In this document: positions 32,701 through 41,593 of the stretch, one piece after another
How the letters are laid out: the number at the start of each line of letters is the position of its first letter
Numbering within the stretch: the stretch's first letter is position 1
DNA from: an uncultured Methanomicrobiaceae archaeon
GTDB taxonomy: Archaea; Halobacteriota; Methanomicrobia; Methanomicrobiales; Methanoculleaceae
Assembly: GCA_963826525.1 (NCBI GenBank)
Contig: CAWGXH010000004.1
Coordinates: 704,001 to 768,000, forward strand
Reading direction: 5' to 3'
Length of the DNA: 64,000 nucleotides
The notes under the pieces: model-generated
What the model was told of the DNA's origin: nothing
Database searches by the model: none
What the model saw: only the letters and a program-made list of their open reading frames with translations
Position numbers and translations under genes: made by a program

Positions 32701-33594
32701 GGCTATGTCGAGGGCTACCGCCTCGACGGGTTCGGCATCGCCATCGCCGAGGGTCTGGGTATCCGGACCGAGGGGGGAACCGTTGCGTATAACAATATCG
32801 AAGGCGCCGTGCTGGGCGACTATAAGAAGGGCATCCCGACCAGGGCAGCATACAACTGGTGGGGCGACGCGAGCGGGCCGTCCGGCTACGGCCCCGGTAT
32901 TGGAAGCCCCCTCTACGGTGTCATCTACTACGACGACCCCATGACCTGGGAGCCCTGGCTGACCCGGCCGTACGAAGCCGTCCTCGATGAGGACAAAGCA
33001 TACCTCGGCATCGAGATCAGGGGCGACGAAGGCCTTGCGAAGGGCTGGAATACCCTCTCTGTCCCGATTGCAGTTGAGGACAACACCTGGCATGCGATCA
33101 GCAACATGGGCGAAGGCCTGAACTACAGCATCGCCTACACCTGGGACGCCGCCAGCCAGCGGTGGGTGCAGGTACTGGCCGGCACCCGGGTCAACCCGCT
33201 CGATGCCGTCCACGTGAAGCTGCGCGAAGATGCCCGTCTGCCGGTCGCCATCAGCCCGGAGATTACGAGCCCGCCGGTGAAGTACCTCAAGGCAGGCTGG
33301 AACCTCATCGGCCCTGCGTACGCCTTCGATGCGGATACTCTCGCGTGGGACGAGATGAAGGTCGACAAGGCGCTGATCTCGATCGAAGAGACGCCGGCAG
33401 GCCTGACCGGCTACACCATCGTCCTCTCGCCGTCGATCAATAGTGAGGCCTGGACATACACCGCCGGCGCGGCCAAGACGCCGACGATGGAGACCGGGTA
33501 TGGCTACTGGGTTTATATGGAGAACCCAGACGCTCTGGCCGGTTTCAGCTCGACGCCCCTCCAACTTCCGACAATCGATCTCGGGTGGATCTAA
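29777..33594 (+). CDS. Large acidic secreted right-handed beta-helix surface protein (about 1270 aa, several frameshifts)
   Basis: Signal peptide ending MPASA, repeated GI...(GN/DN)TI/V beta-helix coils, NWWGDASGP cap, C-terminal duplicated GWN(T/L) module; ORFs 29777, 30103, 30188 and 30889 join. Confidence 0.8.
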
Positions 33595-33633
33595 ATCCTC
33601 CCTTCTTCCTCTCCACACCGTGAGGACACAACC

Positions 33634-34779
33634 ATGAGAAGAACCACGCACACGTTCGCACTCCTGCTGGCACTCGCATTCCTGACCGTGCCGGCAGTCG
33701 CAGAAGACACGTCAACCGGGTCGTATCCCCATGCCTTCTACGGCACCCTGCTGGATGCCGACGGGACGGCGGCACCGGGCGGAACCATCGTCGTCGCTTC
33801 GATCAGGGGACAGAATGCAGGAAGCATCACCGTCACCACGGCAGGCGAGTACGGCAATGCCGATGACGAAGCAGCAAAGCTCGTCGTCTGGACAAACACC
33901 CTGGTCACCGGCGATCCGGTCACGTTCTACATCGACGGCGTCCGTGCCGCAGAGACCGCTTCCTTCGAGTCCAGCGCGGTGACGCGCCTCAACCTCACCG
34001 CAACCGCTCCGTTGCCGAAAGAGCGGCCGGACGAGAGCACGACCGAACCGGTCTCGCCGAAGGCGGGACAGAACACGACCGTGACCGGCAATGGGACCGG
34101 CACCTCGGTCACCCTCACGACGACGGTCGACCTGACGGACGAGACGATAGCCTTCACGGCCTTTGAGGAGCCGCCGGACAACCAGGCCGTTCCATCGACT
34201 CTGGCGCCCGTCGGGCGGTACGCCGAGATCACGAGCACCATCACCGAATGATCAGATCGCGAGCGTAACGATCCGGATCTATCTACACCGACGCCGAGAG
34301 TCGCCGCGGCAGGGATCGACGAGGCGAGCATCCGGGTCTACTGGTGGAACCCGACCGCTCAGGTCTGGGAGCAGCTTCCCGGCGGCGTCGACACCGTCCA
34401 GAACGTTGCCTGGGGCACGACGAGCCACTTCTCGACCTTCGCTCTCCTCTCGGTAAAAGCGGTCACCCCGACGCCGGGAGGCGGTGGGGCGGTGCTACCG
34501 GAGGCGGCGGTGCAGCAGGCCCGATCGTTTACCCGACCGATGCGTTCGGGACACCGACGGTAACCCCGACCGGGACGGCAACAACGCCGACAGACGTTCC
34601 GACAACACTCGCCCCGGGAGAGACGGCAGGTTCCGGGCGGAGAAGCGGGGCAGCAGCCCGGTGAATCCGGAGAGAGCGGTGGGCAGACGGGAGACGAGCT
34701 TCCGATGGCCGCCGCCGTCATCGCCGTCCTCGTCATCGCCGGCGTCGCGGCTGCCTCATTCTACATGAAGAAGCGGTAA
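33634..34779 (+). CDS. Membrane-anchored surface protein with Thr/Pro linker (frameshifted)
   Basis: Signal peptide, PHAFYG domain, TSHFSTFAL motif, TPTVTPTGT linker, C-terminal TM AAVIAVLVIAGVAAASFYMKKR. Confidence 0.75.
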
Positions 34780-35194
34780 CCCGGAACACCTCTTTTTTCA
34801 CGCGGGGATCTCTTCCGCACGATTCGTCAAGAAACACTTAAATAGCCGCAATTTCGGCCGGATCCGGCTAAATTTCGACCCGCACAGAAGCCCTCAGACA
34901 GCCGATCTCGTGGCGAGATATGGATTAACATCCTCCGAACACTACCTTCGCTCATATCGCCGTTATACCTCGGTGAATTTTCCGGCAATCCGGAATCAGA
35001 GCGCAATGCTCCAGATGCCGGGAGCGCCCGGATCCGCCATCTGAAACCTGCCTTAAAATCGAAAAAAAACTCTAATGTGCCCTTCGTTCAGGACGGAAAG
35101 GGGCCGACTCCCTCACTCCCCGGCCATCCCGGAGACCGCCGGGTTCCTGTGAGGATGGAACTTTCCCGCTCTTCGATTGCACGTTTACACTCAC

Positions 35195-35491
35195 TTGCAC
35201 CCCGTTTGCACCCGAATTTGCACCCAAATAACCCATGCTCGAGCGTTCGATACGGATACGGCCAGCGGAACGCCAGGATCTTACCGATGTTTACACTTGC
35301 TCCGGATTCACAGACACGAAGACACATACGCTCCCCCGCCGGACACACGCTGTGTGTTTTCTCAAATCGATGTAAATGTACAAATATAGGTACATATATC
35401 TCCGTAAAGTACAGAGTACGCGAATCAACCATCAAAAAGGCGTTTTTCAGATCTACACTTTTCCCGTTTTTCGGGTGCAAACGGGGTGCAA
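35195..35491. repeat. Perfect 22-bp inverted repeat flanking a 253-bp AT-rich core
   Basis: TTGCACCCCGTTTGCACCCGAA (35195-35216) and its exact reverse complement (35470-35491). Confidence 0.92.
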
Positions 35492-36011
35492 CAGTGCAAA
35501 CTGGCGGGACGGGTCCCCGGCGGTATCGCTTCGCAGCTGCCACCGGCAGATACACCATGTGCAGCACCAGGCCGCTCGCGTACACCGGCGTACATCACGG
35601 GGTGTCACTCAACGGAAGCGATTGCTGCGGAACGGCATCGATCAAAAGCGCTGCTGCTGTTTTTCCCGGACATGTACACCATTCTCCAGAGCACAGACAT
35701 ACCCGGCGGGAGAAGAGAGAGTACGCTGTCCGGACTTGTGTCCCCCGATTCCAGTGTACATCGAGTACTATGAGATACGTTTTTAGTAACCAGTACAAAG
35801 AGTATCAGGAGATTCCTCCCGATATTCACCGTTTTTATTGCGACAGCACGTGGTGTAATGCGGTGTACATCTGGTGTCATGGTGTACCTATCATCGCCGT
35901 CCTCCGTCACCGTGGCACCGACGCGGCTGATCGCCGGGCACTCTCGAGCAGCCCCCTGCAGGACGACGGAGACGGCATCCCCGTGGCGCCCTCACGGCCC
36001 CTGCGGGAGGG

Positions 36012-36480
36012 TCACAGTTCCCCGGGAAGCCCCGGAAGCGGGAAACCCCCCAGCGGCAGACCGAAGAGGGCGTTTCCGAGCGTCGCTCCGAAGATGAGAA
36101 GCAGCATAAGCGCGACGAGCCAGATCGCAAGGAAGACGACCATATCCCGCCGCCGGATCTCCCGGAACGGAATCTCGTCGGCGTTCATCCGCCGCGCCGT
36201 CCTGTGGGCGTCGTAGATACCGTAGAACCAGACAAGCACCCCGGGCACAATGAAGAGAAAGAGCCCGGCGATTGTCCCGAAGAGGACGGCAAGCCCCCTC
36301 GCAAACTGGCCGTTGTAGACCTGCCCGGCACCGTCGAAGAAGACCGAGAGGAAGAACGCCGTCCAGGGGTTCTTATCCATTCGCAGGTAACTGCTCGGAA
36401 CGCTCGCCCCGCAGACTCGGGCAGTACTCGACATTCTCCGACCGAAGCGGCTCCCCGCACGTTTCACAGACCTTCGCCAT
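36012..36480 (-). CDS. Zinc-ribbon plus TM2-like membrane protein (frameshift near 36420)
   Basis: MAKVCETCG...EYCP, then KNPWTAFFLSVFFDGAGQVYNGQ; paralogue of 28690-29097. Confidence 0.75.
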
Positions 36481-36644
36481 CCCCTCACCCTTCCGTCCAG
36501 AGATATCGATAAGAATATATAGTGTTTTCTCATGCCCCACTCCTCCGGACGCCATCCATGGGGGAATGCCGCCGGAGGCAGGCGGTGAGTCCCCGAAGAA
36601 AAAACGCGAAGGCTTATTGCGCATGGTCGAGCGAGTATACACGT

Positions 36645-36863
36645 ATGGATGCGAGGAGAGGCGAAGCGCCCTGGACGAGGATCCGGCAGCGCCGGCTCTT
36701 CGACGGTGCAGACTTCTACGCCGAACGGCTCTTTGAGACCCAGCAGGCCGCACGCAGTTACGCACACCTGCTTGAGTCCCGGGGCGGGATTGTCCAGGTT
36801 GCTCCCTCGCACACGGAAGGAGGAAAGCGGGGTTACGCCGTCTTCGTCCGGCGGGAGCGGTGA
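36645..36863 (+). CDS. Small hypothetical protein
   Basis: 72-aa ORF with plausible composition in an intergenic gap; no family recognised. Confidence 0.5.
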   Translation: MDARRGEAPWTRIRQRRLFDGADFYAERLFETQQAARSYAHLLESRGGIVQVAPSHTEGGKRGYAVFVRRER

Positions 36864-37426
36864 TCCGGGCCGGTGATCCGTGCGAGATAAGCCTCCCTCA
36901 CGAGCCCGTAGATCCCGATATCCTCAAAGACGCCCCACTTCTGCACGTGCTGCCGGAGGCAGCCTTCATAGACCATGCCGCACTTCTGCATCACCCTCGC
37001 CGAGGCGGGGTTCCGGGTAAAGTACATTGCGTAGATCCGGTTCAGCGACAGCCCCCCGAACCCGTACGCAATGACCGCCCCTGCAGCCTCGGTGGCGTAG
37101 CCCCGGTTCCAGTAGGGCTTTCCTATCCAGTAGCCGAGCTCACCACGCCGGTGCCTCCGGTCTATCTGCATGAGTCCGATCGCACCGATGAACGTATGCT
37201 CGTCGGCACGGGTGATCGCAAAGACTGCCAGCTCCCCGAGGAGGAACCCCTCTTCGTGCCCGACGATCCAGGATCCCGCCACGCCATCCGGATAGGGGTG
37301 AGGGATATCAAGGGCGTTCGCCGCAACGTCGTAGTCACCGGCGAGCCGCTGCACCTCCGGGGCATCGGCAAGAGTCATCGGCCGGAGGAAGAGCCGCTCG
37401 GTCGCAAGCGTGGGCTGCTGGATCAT
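36833..37426 (-). CDS. RimJ/RimL-family GNAT acetyltransferase
   Basis: LATERLFLRP, ELGYWI..YWNRGYATEA, NPASARVMQKCGM.YEG. Confidence 0.92.
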   Translation of the reverse strand: MIQQPTLATERLFLRPMTLADAPEVQRLAGDYDVAANALDIPHPYPDGVAGSWIVGHEEGFLLGELAVFAITRADEHTFIGAIGLMQIDRRHRRGELGYWIGKPYWNRGYATEAAGAVIAYGFGGLSLNRIYAMYFTRNPASARVMQKCGMVYEGCLRQHVQKWGVFEDIGIYGLVREAYLARITGPDHRSRRTKTA

Positions 37427-37490
37427 ATCCTCACCCCTTCAGCAGTGGGATATTTAAAGGCCTGCCACCGCCGGCAATCCCGGAGCCGGG

Positions 37491-37943
37491 TCACGGGATT
37501 TCACGGATAGCAAGCGGTCCGTAGACAGCTCTGCTCTCCCAGACGACCGTCCCGTCGGTGTCGCGGATCACGGTATCGAACGTGACCGTCTCGCCGGGGC
37601 TTCGCGGCACGACGATGGTGATCGGGCTCTCCGGGCTGACGTTCTCGTAGAGCCGATCTTCCGCCCGCTCCTTTGTGGTGCCGTTCGTCAGAACCTCATA
37701 GGAGACCCAGTATACCGTCGGCTCATCGTTCCGGGGAACGTACCGGGCGACGACCCGGTCCTCATTGACAATCCCCTCCTCGAAAAACGCCCCCGCCTCG
37801 CCGGTCGGGACCTGGACGGCTGTTTCGGCCGGGGCGGCAATGCCGCCGGGCGGTGGTGTACCGGGGCCGGTGCACCCGGCCGCACATACCGCTGCCGCGA
37901 CGAAGAGCATGATACTGCCGATCCGTATCGTTCGTGCTGTCAT
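37491..37943 (-). CDS. Putative lipoprotein
   Basis: Hydrophobic leader ending AAGC (lipobox-like), Pro-rich linker, beta-rich domain. Confidence 0.65.
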   Translation of the reverse strand: MTARTIRIGSIMLFVAAAVCAAGCTGPGTPPPGGIAAPAETAVQVPTGEAGAFFEEGIVNEDRVVARYVPRNDEPTVYWVSYEVLTNGTTKERAEDRLYENVSPESPITIVVPRSPGETVTFDTVIRDTDGTVVWESRAVYGPLAIREIP

Positions 37944-38111
37944 ACCGGTCTTGGGTTGATCGGCGGAGCACGTAGAGGTTCCGAAGCCGATCGGGAGATA
38001 TACGGGAATATGGGCAGCGGGAGAGTCGCAGCCACGGATTGCCCCTACCACGGAGCGCCCCGAAAGATTTTCAGCAACCTTTATCTGGTTCCGTTCTGTA
38101 TTCCAACATAC

Positions 38112-39135
38112 ATGATCAAAGTAGCCATCAACGGGTACGGCACCATTGGCAAAAGGGTGGCCGATGCGGTTGCCGCTCAGCCCGATATGGAAGTGATCGG
38201 CGTATCCAAGACAAGCGTCAGCGCGGAGGCGTTCATTGCCGGAAAGCGCGGCTACCCCCTCTACATCGCCGACCTCTCGAAACGCGAGGCATTCGAGAAG
38301 GCCGGCCTCACGGTCGCCGGCGACGTCGAGGATATGATCAAGAAGGCCGATATCGTCGTCGACGCCACCCCCGGCGGTGTCGGGGCGAAGAACAAGCCGA
38401 TCTACGAACTCTACCAGAAGAAAGCCATCTACCAGGGCGGCGAGGATCACGAGGTCGCCGGAACCAGCTTCAATGCGCACGCAAACTACGCGGAAGCAAT
38501 CGGCAAACAGTTCGTCCGCGTCGTCTCCTGCAACACCACCGGCCTTGTCCGGGTCATCAATGCACTCGATCAGGCCTTCGGCGTTCAGAAGGTCCGGGCG
38601 GTGATGGTGCGCCGCGGCGGCGACCCGAACGACATCAAACGCGGACCGATCGACGCCATCGTTTTGAACCCGCAGACGATCCCGAGCCACCACGGCCCCG
38701 ATGTCCAGACCGTGCTCCCCGCGATCAACATCGTCACCATGGCGATGATCGTCCCGACGACCTTCATGCACATGCATACCATTCAGGCCGAGCTCGCACG
38801 GGAGACCACCCGGGAGGAGGTACTGAAGGTCTTCCGGGAGCATAGCCGCATCGGCCTCGTCACCAAAGCAACGAAGATCACGAGCAATGCAGAGCTCCGT
38901 CGAGTACACCCAGGATCTCGGCAGGCCACGGACCGACCTCTGGGAGAACGGGATATTTGAGGAATCGGTCTCGGTGCTCGACGGGAAGGAGTTCTTCTGC
39001 TTCCAGGCGATCCACCAGGAGGCGGACGTCATCCCCGAGAACATCGACGCCATCCGCGCCATGATGGGAACGGTGAAAGATCCGGCAGAATCCATCAGGA
39101 TGACCAACGATGCGCTCGGCTTTGTTGCCATCTAG
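38112..39135 (+). CDS. gap: Archaeal type II glyceraldehyde-3-phosphate dehydrogenase (frameshift near 38897)
   Basis: [48 protein letters not shown]. Confidence 0.96.
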
Positions 39136-39172
39136 AAGAAGCATTAACACCACATCCTACCCATTATTTTCA

Positions 39173-40118
39173 ATGGATCCCTACTCACTGGCAACGAGGA
39201 ATACGGTAGAGGTCGTCACGGAGGACGAACTGCGCTCGCTCCTTGACCGTCCCGCAAAAAGTGTCTATGCGGGCTACGAACCGAGCGGTGAGATTCATCT
39301 CGGGCATCTCGTCACCGTCAACAAACTGATGGACCTGCAGGAGGCGGGATTCAATGTCACCATCCTGATCGCCGACCTCCACGCATTCCTGAACCGAAAA
39401 GGGACGATGGACGAGATCCGGGATCTCGCCGAGTACAACCGCCGCTGCTTCGAGGCGCTCGGCCTAACGGGCGTGAACTACGTCCTCGGCTCAGAGGTGC
39501 AGCTCGACACCGGAGTACGAACTGCAGGTGCTCACGCTCTCGCAGGAGATCACCGTCAACCGCGCCCGGCGGAGCATGGACGAGGTCGGCAGGCAGATGG
39601 AGCACCCCTCGGTTTCGCAGATGGTCTATCCCATCATGCAGATGGTAGATATCGCCACCCTCAAGGTCGATGCCGCCGTCGGCGGAATAGACCAGCGGAA
39701 GATCCACATGCTGGCACGCGAGCACCTCCCCTCCGTCGGCTACCCGGCACCGGTCTGCATCCATACGCCGATCATTAACGGTCTTGACGGCAAGAAGATG
39801 TCCTCTTCGGCGGGCAACGTCATCTCGGTCGCCGACTCCGAAGAGGAGATCGAGAAGAAACTGAAGAAAGCCTTCTGCCCGCCGGAGAGCGAGGAGAACC
39901 CGGTGCTCCAGGTACTCAAGTACCACGTCTTCCCGCGGGTCGAGACAGTGGTCGTGAAGCGGCCCGAAAAGTTCGGTGGCGACGCCGGGTTTTCGACCTA
40001 CGAGGCGATCGAGCAGGCCTACATTGCCGGCACCATCCACCCGCTCGACCTGAAGAAGACCGCCGCCCGCTACCTGGTCGAGATCTTTGCGAACGCACGC
40101 GACTTTATCCACGGGTGA
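39173..40118 (+). CDS. tyrS: Tyrosyl-tRNA synthetase (frameshift near 39507)
   Basis: GYEPSG.IHLGH, YPIMQ..D, GGIDQRKIH, KMSSS. Confidence 0.96.
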
Positions 40119-40124
40119 CCCGAC

Positions 40125-40901
40125 GTGAGCCTTGAAGAGAAGCAGGAACGGTTCGACCGCGAGATCGAGGCGATGGGCGTCCGGCTCAAGGACGCCGACC
40201 AGATGAAGGTCAGAGAGGACGTCTTCGACGAGGTCACTCTCATCGCCCTCTACAAGCTCGTCCACAAAAAGCTCATCTCCGTGATCGGCGGCCCTATCAG
40301 CACCGGGAAAGAGGCGAACGTCTTTTACGGCGAGCAGGACGGCCGCGGGATCGCGATCAAGATCTACCGGATCCAGACGGCGAACTTCAAGGCGATGAAC
40401 GAATACCTGGCGGGCGACCGCCGGTTCTCGAGCATCCGGGGCTCCCGCAAAGAGATCATCTTCGCCTGGACGAAGAAGGAGTACAGCAACCTCGCCCGGG
40501 CGCACGAGGCCGGTATCCCGGTGCCGCAGCCGCTGGCGTTCGACCGGAACATCCTGCTGATGGAGTTCCTCGGAGAAGGCGAGAGACCCTATCCGCAGCT
40601 CCGGACTGCGGCAATCGACGACCCGGCGGCAACGTACCGGGAGATACTCGGATATATGGAGACGCTTTTTGCGAAAGCCCGGCTGGTGCACGCCGATCTC
40701 TCCGAATACAATATCCTATATGCACAGAGGCCTTACCTGATCGACATGGGTCAGGCAGTCGGCCTGGATCATCCGCGAGCTGCCTCATTCCTCTTCCGGG
40801 ACGTGAAGAACATAAACAGGTTCTTCTCCCGGTACTGCGATGTGCAGGACGAAGAGGAGATCATGCAGCGTATCCTGGGCAGAGCCCGTCAGGAACCGTA
40901 A
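40125..40901 (+). CDS. rio1: RIO1 serine/threonine kinase
   Basis: ISTGKEANV, AIKIYR, LVHADLSEYNIL, IDMGQAV. Confidence 0.95.
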   Translation: MSLEEKQERFDREIEAMGVRLKDADQMKVREDVFDEVTLIALYKLVHKKLISVIGGPISTGKEANVFYGEQDGRGIAIKIYRIQTANFKAMNEYLAGDRRFSSIRGSRKEIIFAWTKKEYSNLARAHEAGIPVPQPLAFDRNILLMEFLGEGERPYPQLRTAAIDDPAATYREILGYMETLFAKARLVHADLSEYNILYAQRPYLIDMGQAVGLDHPRAASFLFRDVKNINRFFSRYCDVQDEEEIMQRILGRARQEP

Positions 40902-40927
40902 AACCGACCGAAGAGAGGTTTGTGATC

Positions 40928-41470
40928 ATGGCAACACAGGAGATAAAAGTTACAGCAAACAGGGTTGGAGCGCTCATCGGCAAGGCCGGCGCGACCAAAC
41001 GCGAGATCGAAGAGAAGACGGGAGTCTCCATCCTGATCGACAGCGAAGAGGGGATTGTCACCGTGGACGGGGAAGACCCGGTCAGCATGCTCGCCGCCGT
41101 CGAGATCATACGGGCGATCAACCGGGGGTTCTCGCCGGAACGGGCGTTCAAGCTCCTCGAAGACGAAGACATGATGCTCGACATCATCGACCTCTCCGAT
41201 ATTGCCGGATCGCCCCGGCAGATGGAACGGCTCCGCGGCCGCATCATCGGCAAAGCAGGGACGTCACGCGCCCAGATCGAGGATATGACGAGCACCGGAA
41301 TCTCGGTGCACGGCAAGACCGTCGCACTCATCGGCCTGCCTGAGAATATCAAGACCGCGAAGAGTGCCGTCGAGATGCTCATCCAGGGCGTTCCCCACGA
41401 GAACGTCTACTCCTTCCTCGACAAAAAGAAGAAAGAAGCAAAGCACGATATGTTGGAATATTACTACTAA
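40928..41470 (+). CDS. KH-domain rRNA-processing protein (Dim2/Pno1 family)
   Basis: LIGKAG and GRIIGKAG KH motifs, AINRGFSPE; conserved adjacency to rio1. Confidence 0.92.
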   Translation: MATQEIKVTANRVGALIGKAGATKREIEEKTGVSILIDSEEGIVTVDGEDPVSMLAAVEIIRAINRGFSPERAFKLLEDEDMMLDIIDLSDIAGSPRQMERLRGRIIGKAGTSRAQIEDMTSTGISVHGKTVALIGLPENIKTAKSAVEMLIQGVPHENVYSFLDKKKKEAKHDMLEYYY

Positions 41471-41571
41471 AGACCGGACGTCAGGGAACAATCCGGAACC
41501 ATCCCTTTTCGGCCAATCGGTCAGCCTCCCCACCCGACTATCACCATGACAATCAGAGATACTACCTCGTG

Positions 41572-41589
41572 CACTGGAAATGAAGGGGT
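41572..41589 (+). promoter_or_regulatory. Partial ORB-like box at the hel308 start
   Basis: CACTGGAAATGAAGGGGT, 17/18 identical to the core of the ORB at 48504-48525. Confidence 0.6.
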
Positions 41590-41593
41590 TTGC

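Noticed and set aside
35741-35760. Minus-strand CACTGGAATCGGGGG resembling an ORB
   Set aside because: Wrong spacing to the G-string and no TTC half-site; too weak
35195-35890. CRISPR array or MITE interpretation of the repeats
   Set aside because: No equal-length direct repeats with unique spacers and no cas genes; no target-site duplication visible; a MITE is not fully excluded without a genome-wide search
35077-36216. 379-aa plus-strand ORF (and overlapping 165-aa minus ORF) across the inverted-repeat locus
   Set aside because: Atypical Cys/Arg/His-rich composition, no recognisable domain, and antisense overlap with a real gene; probably a chance ORF
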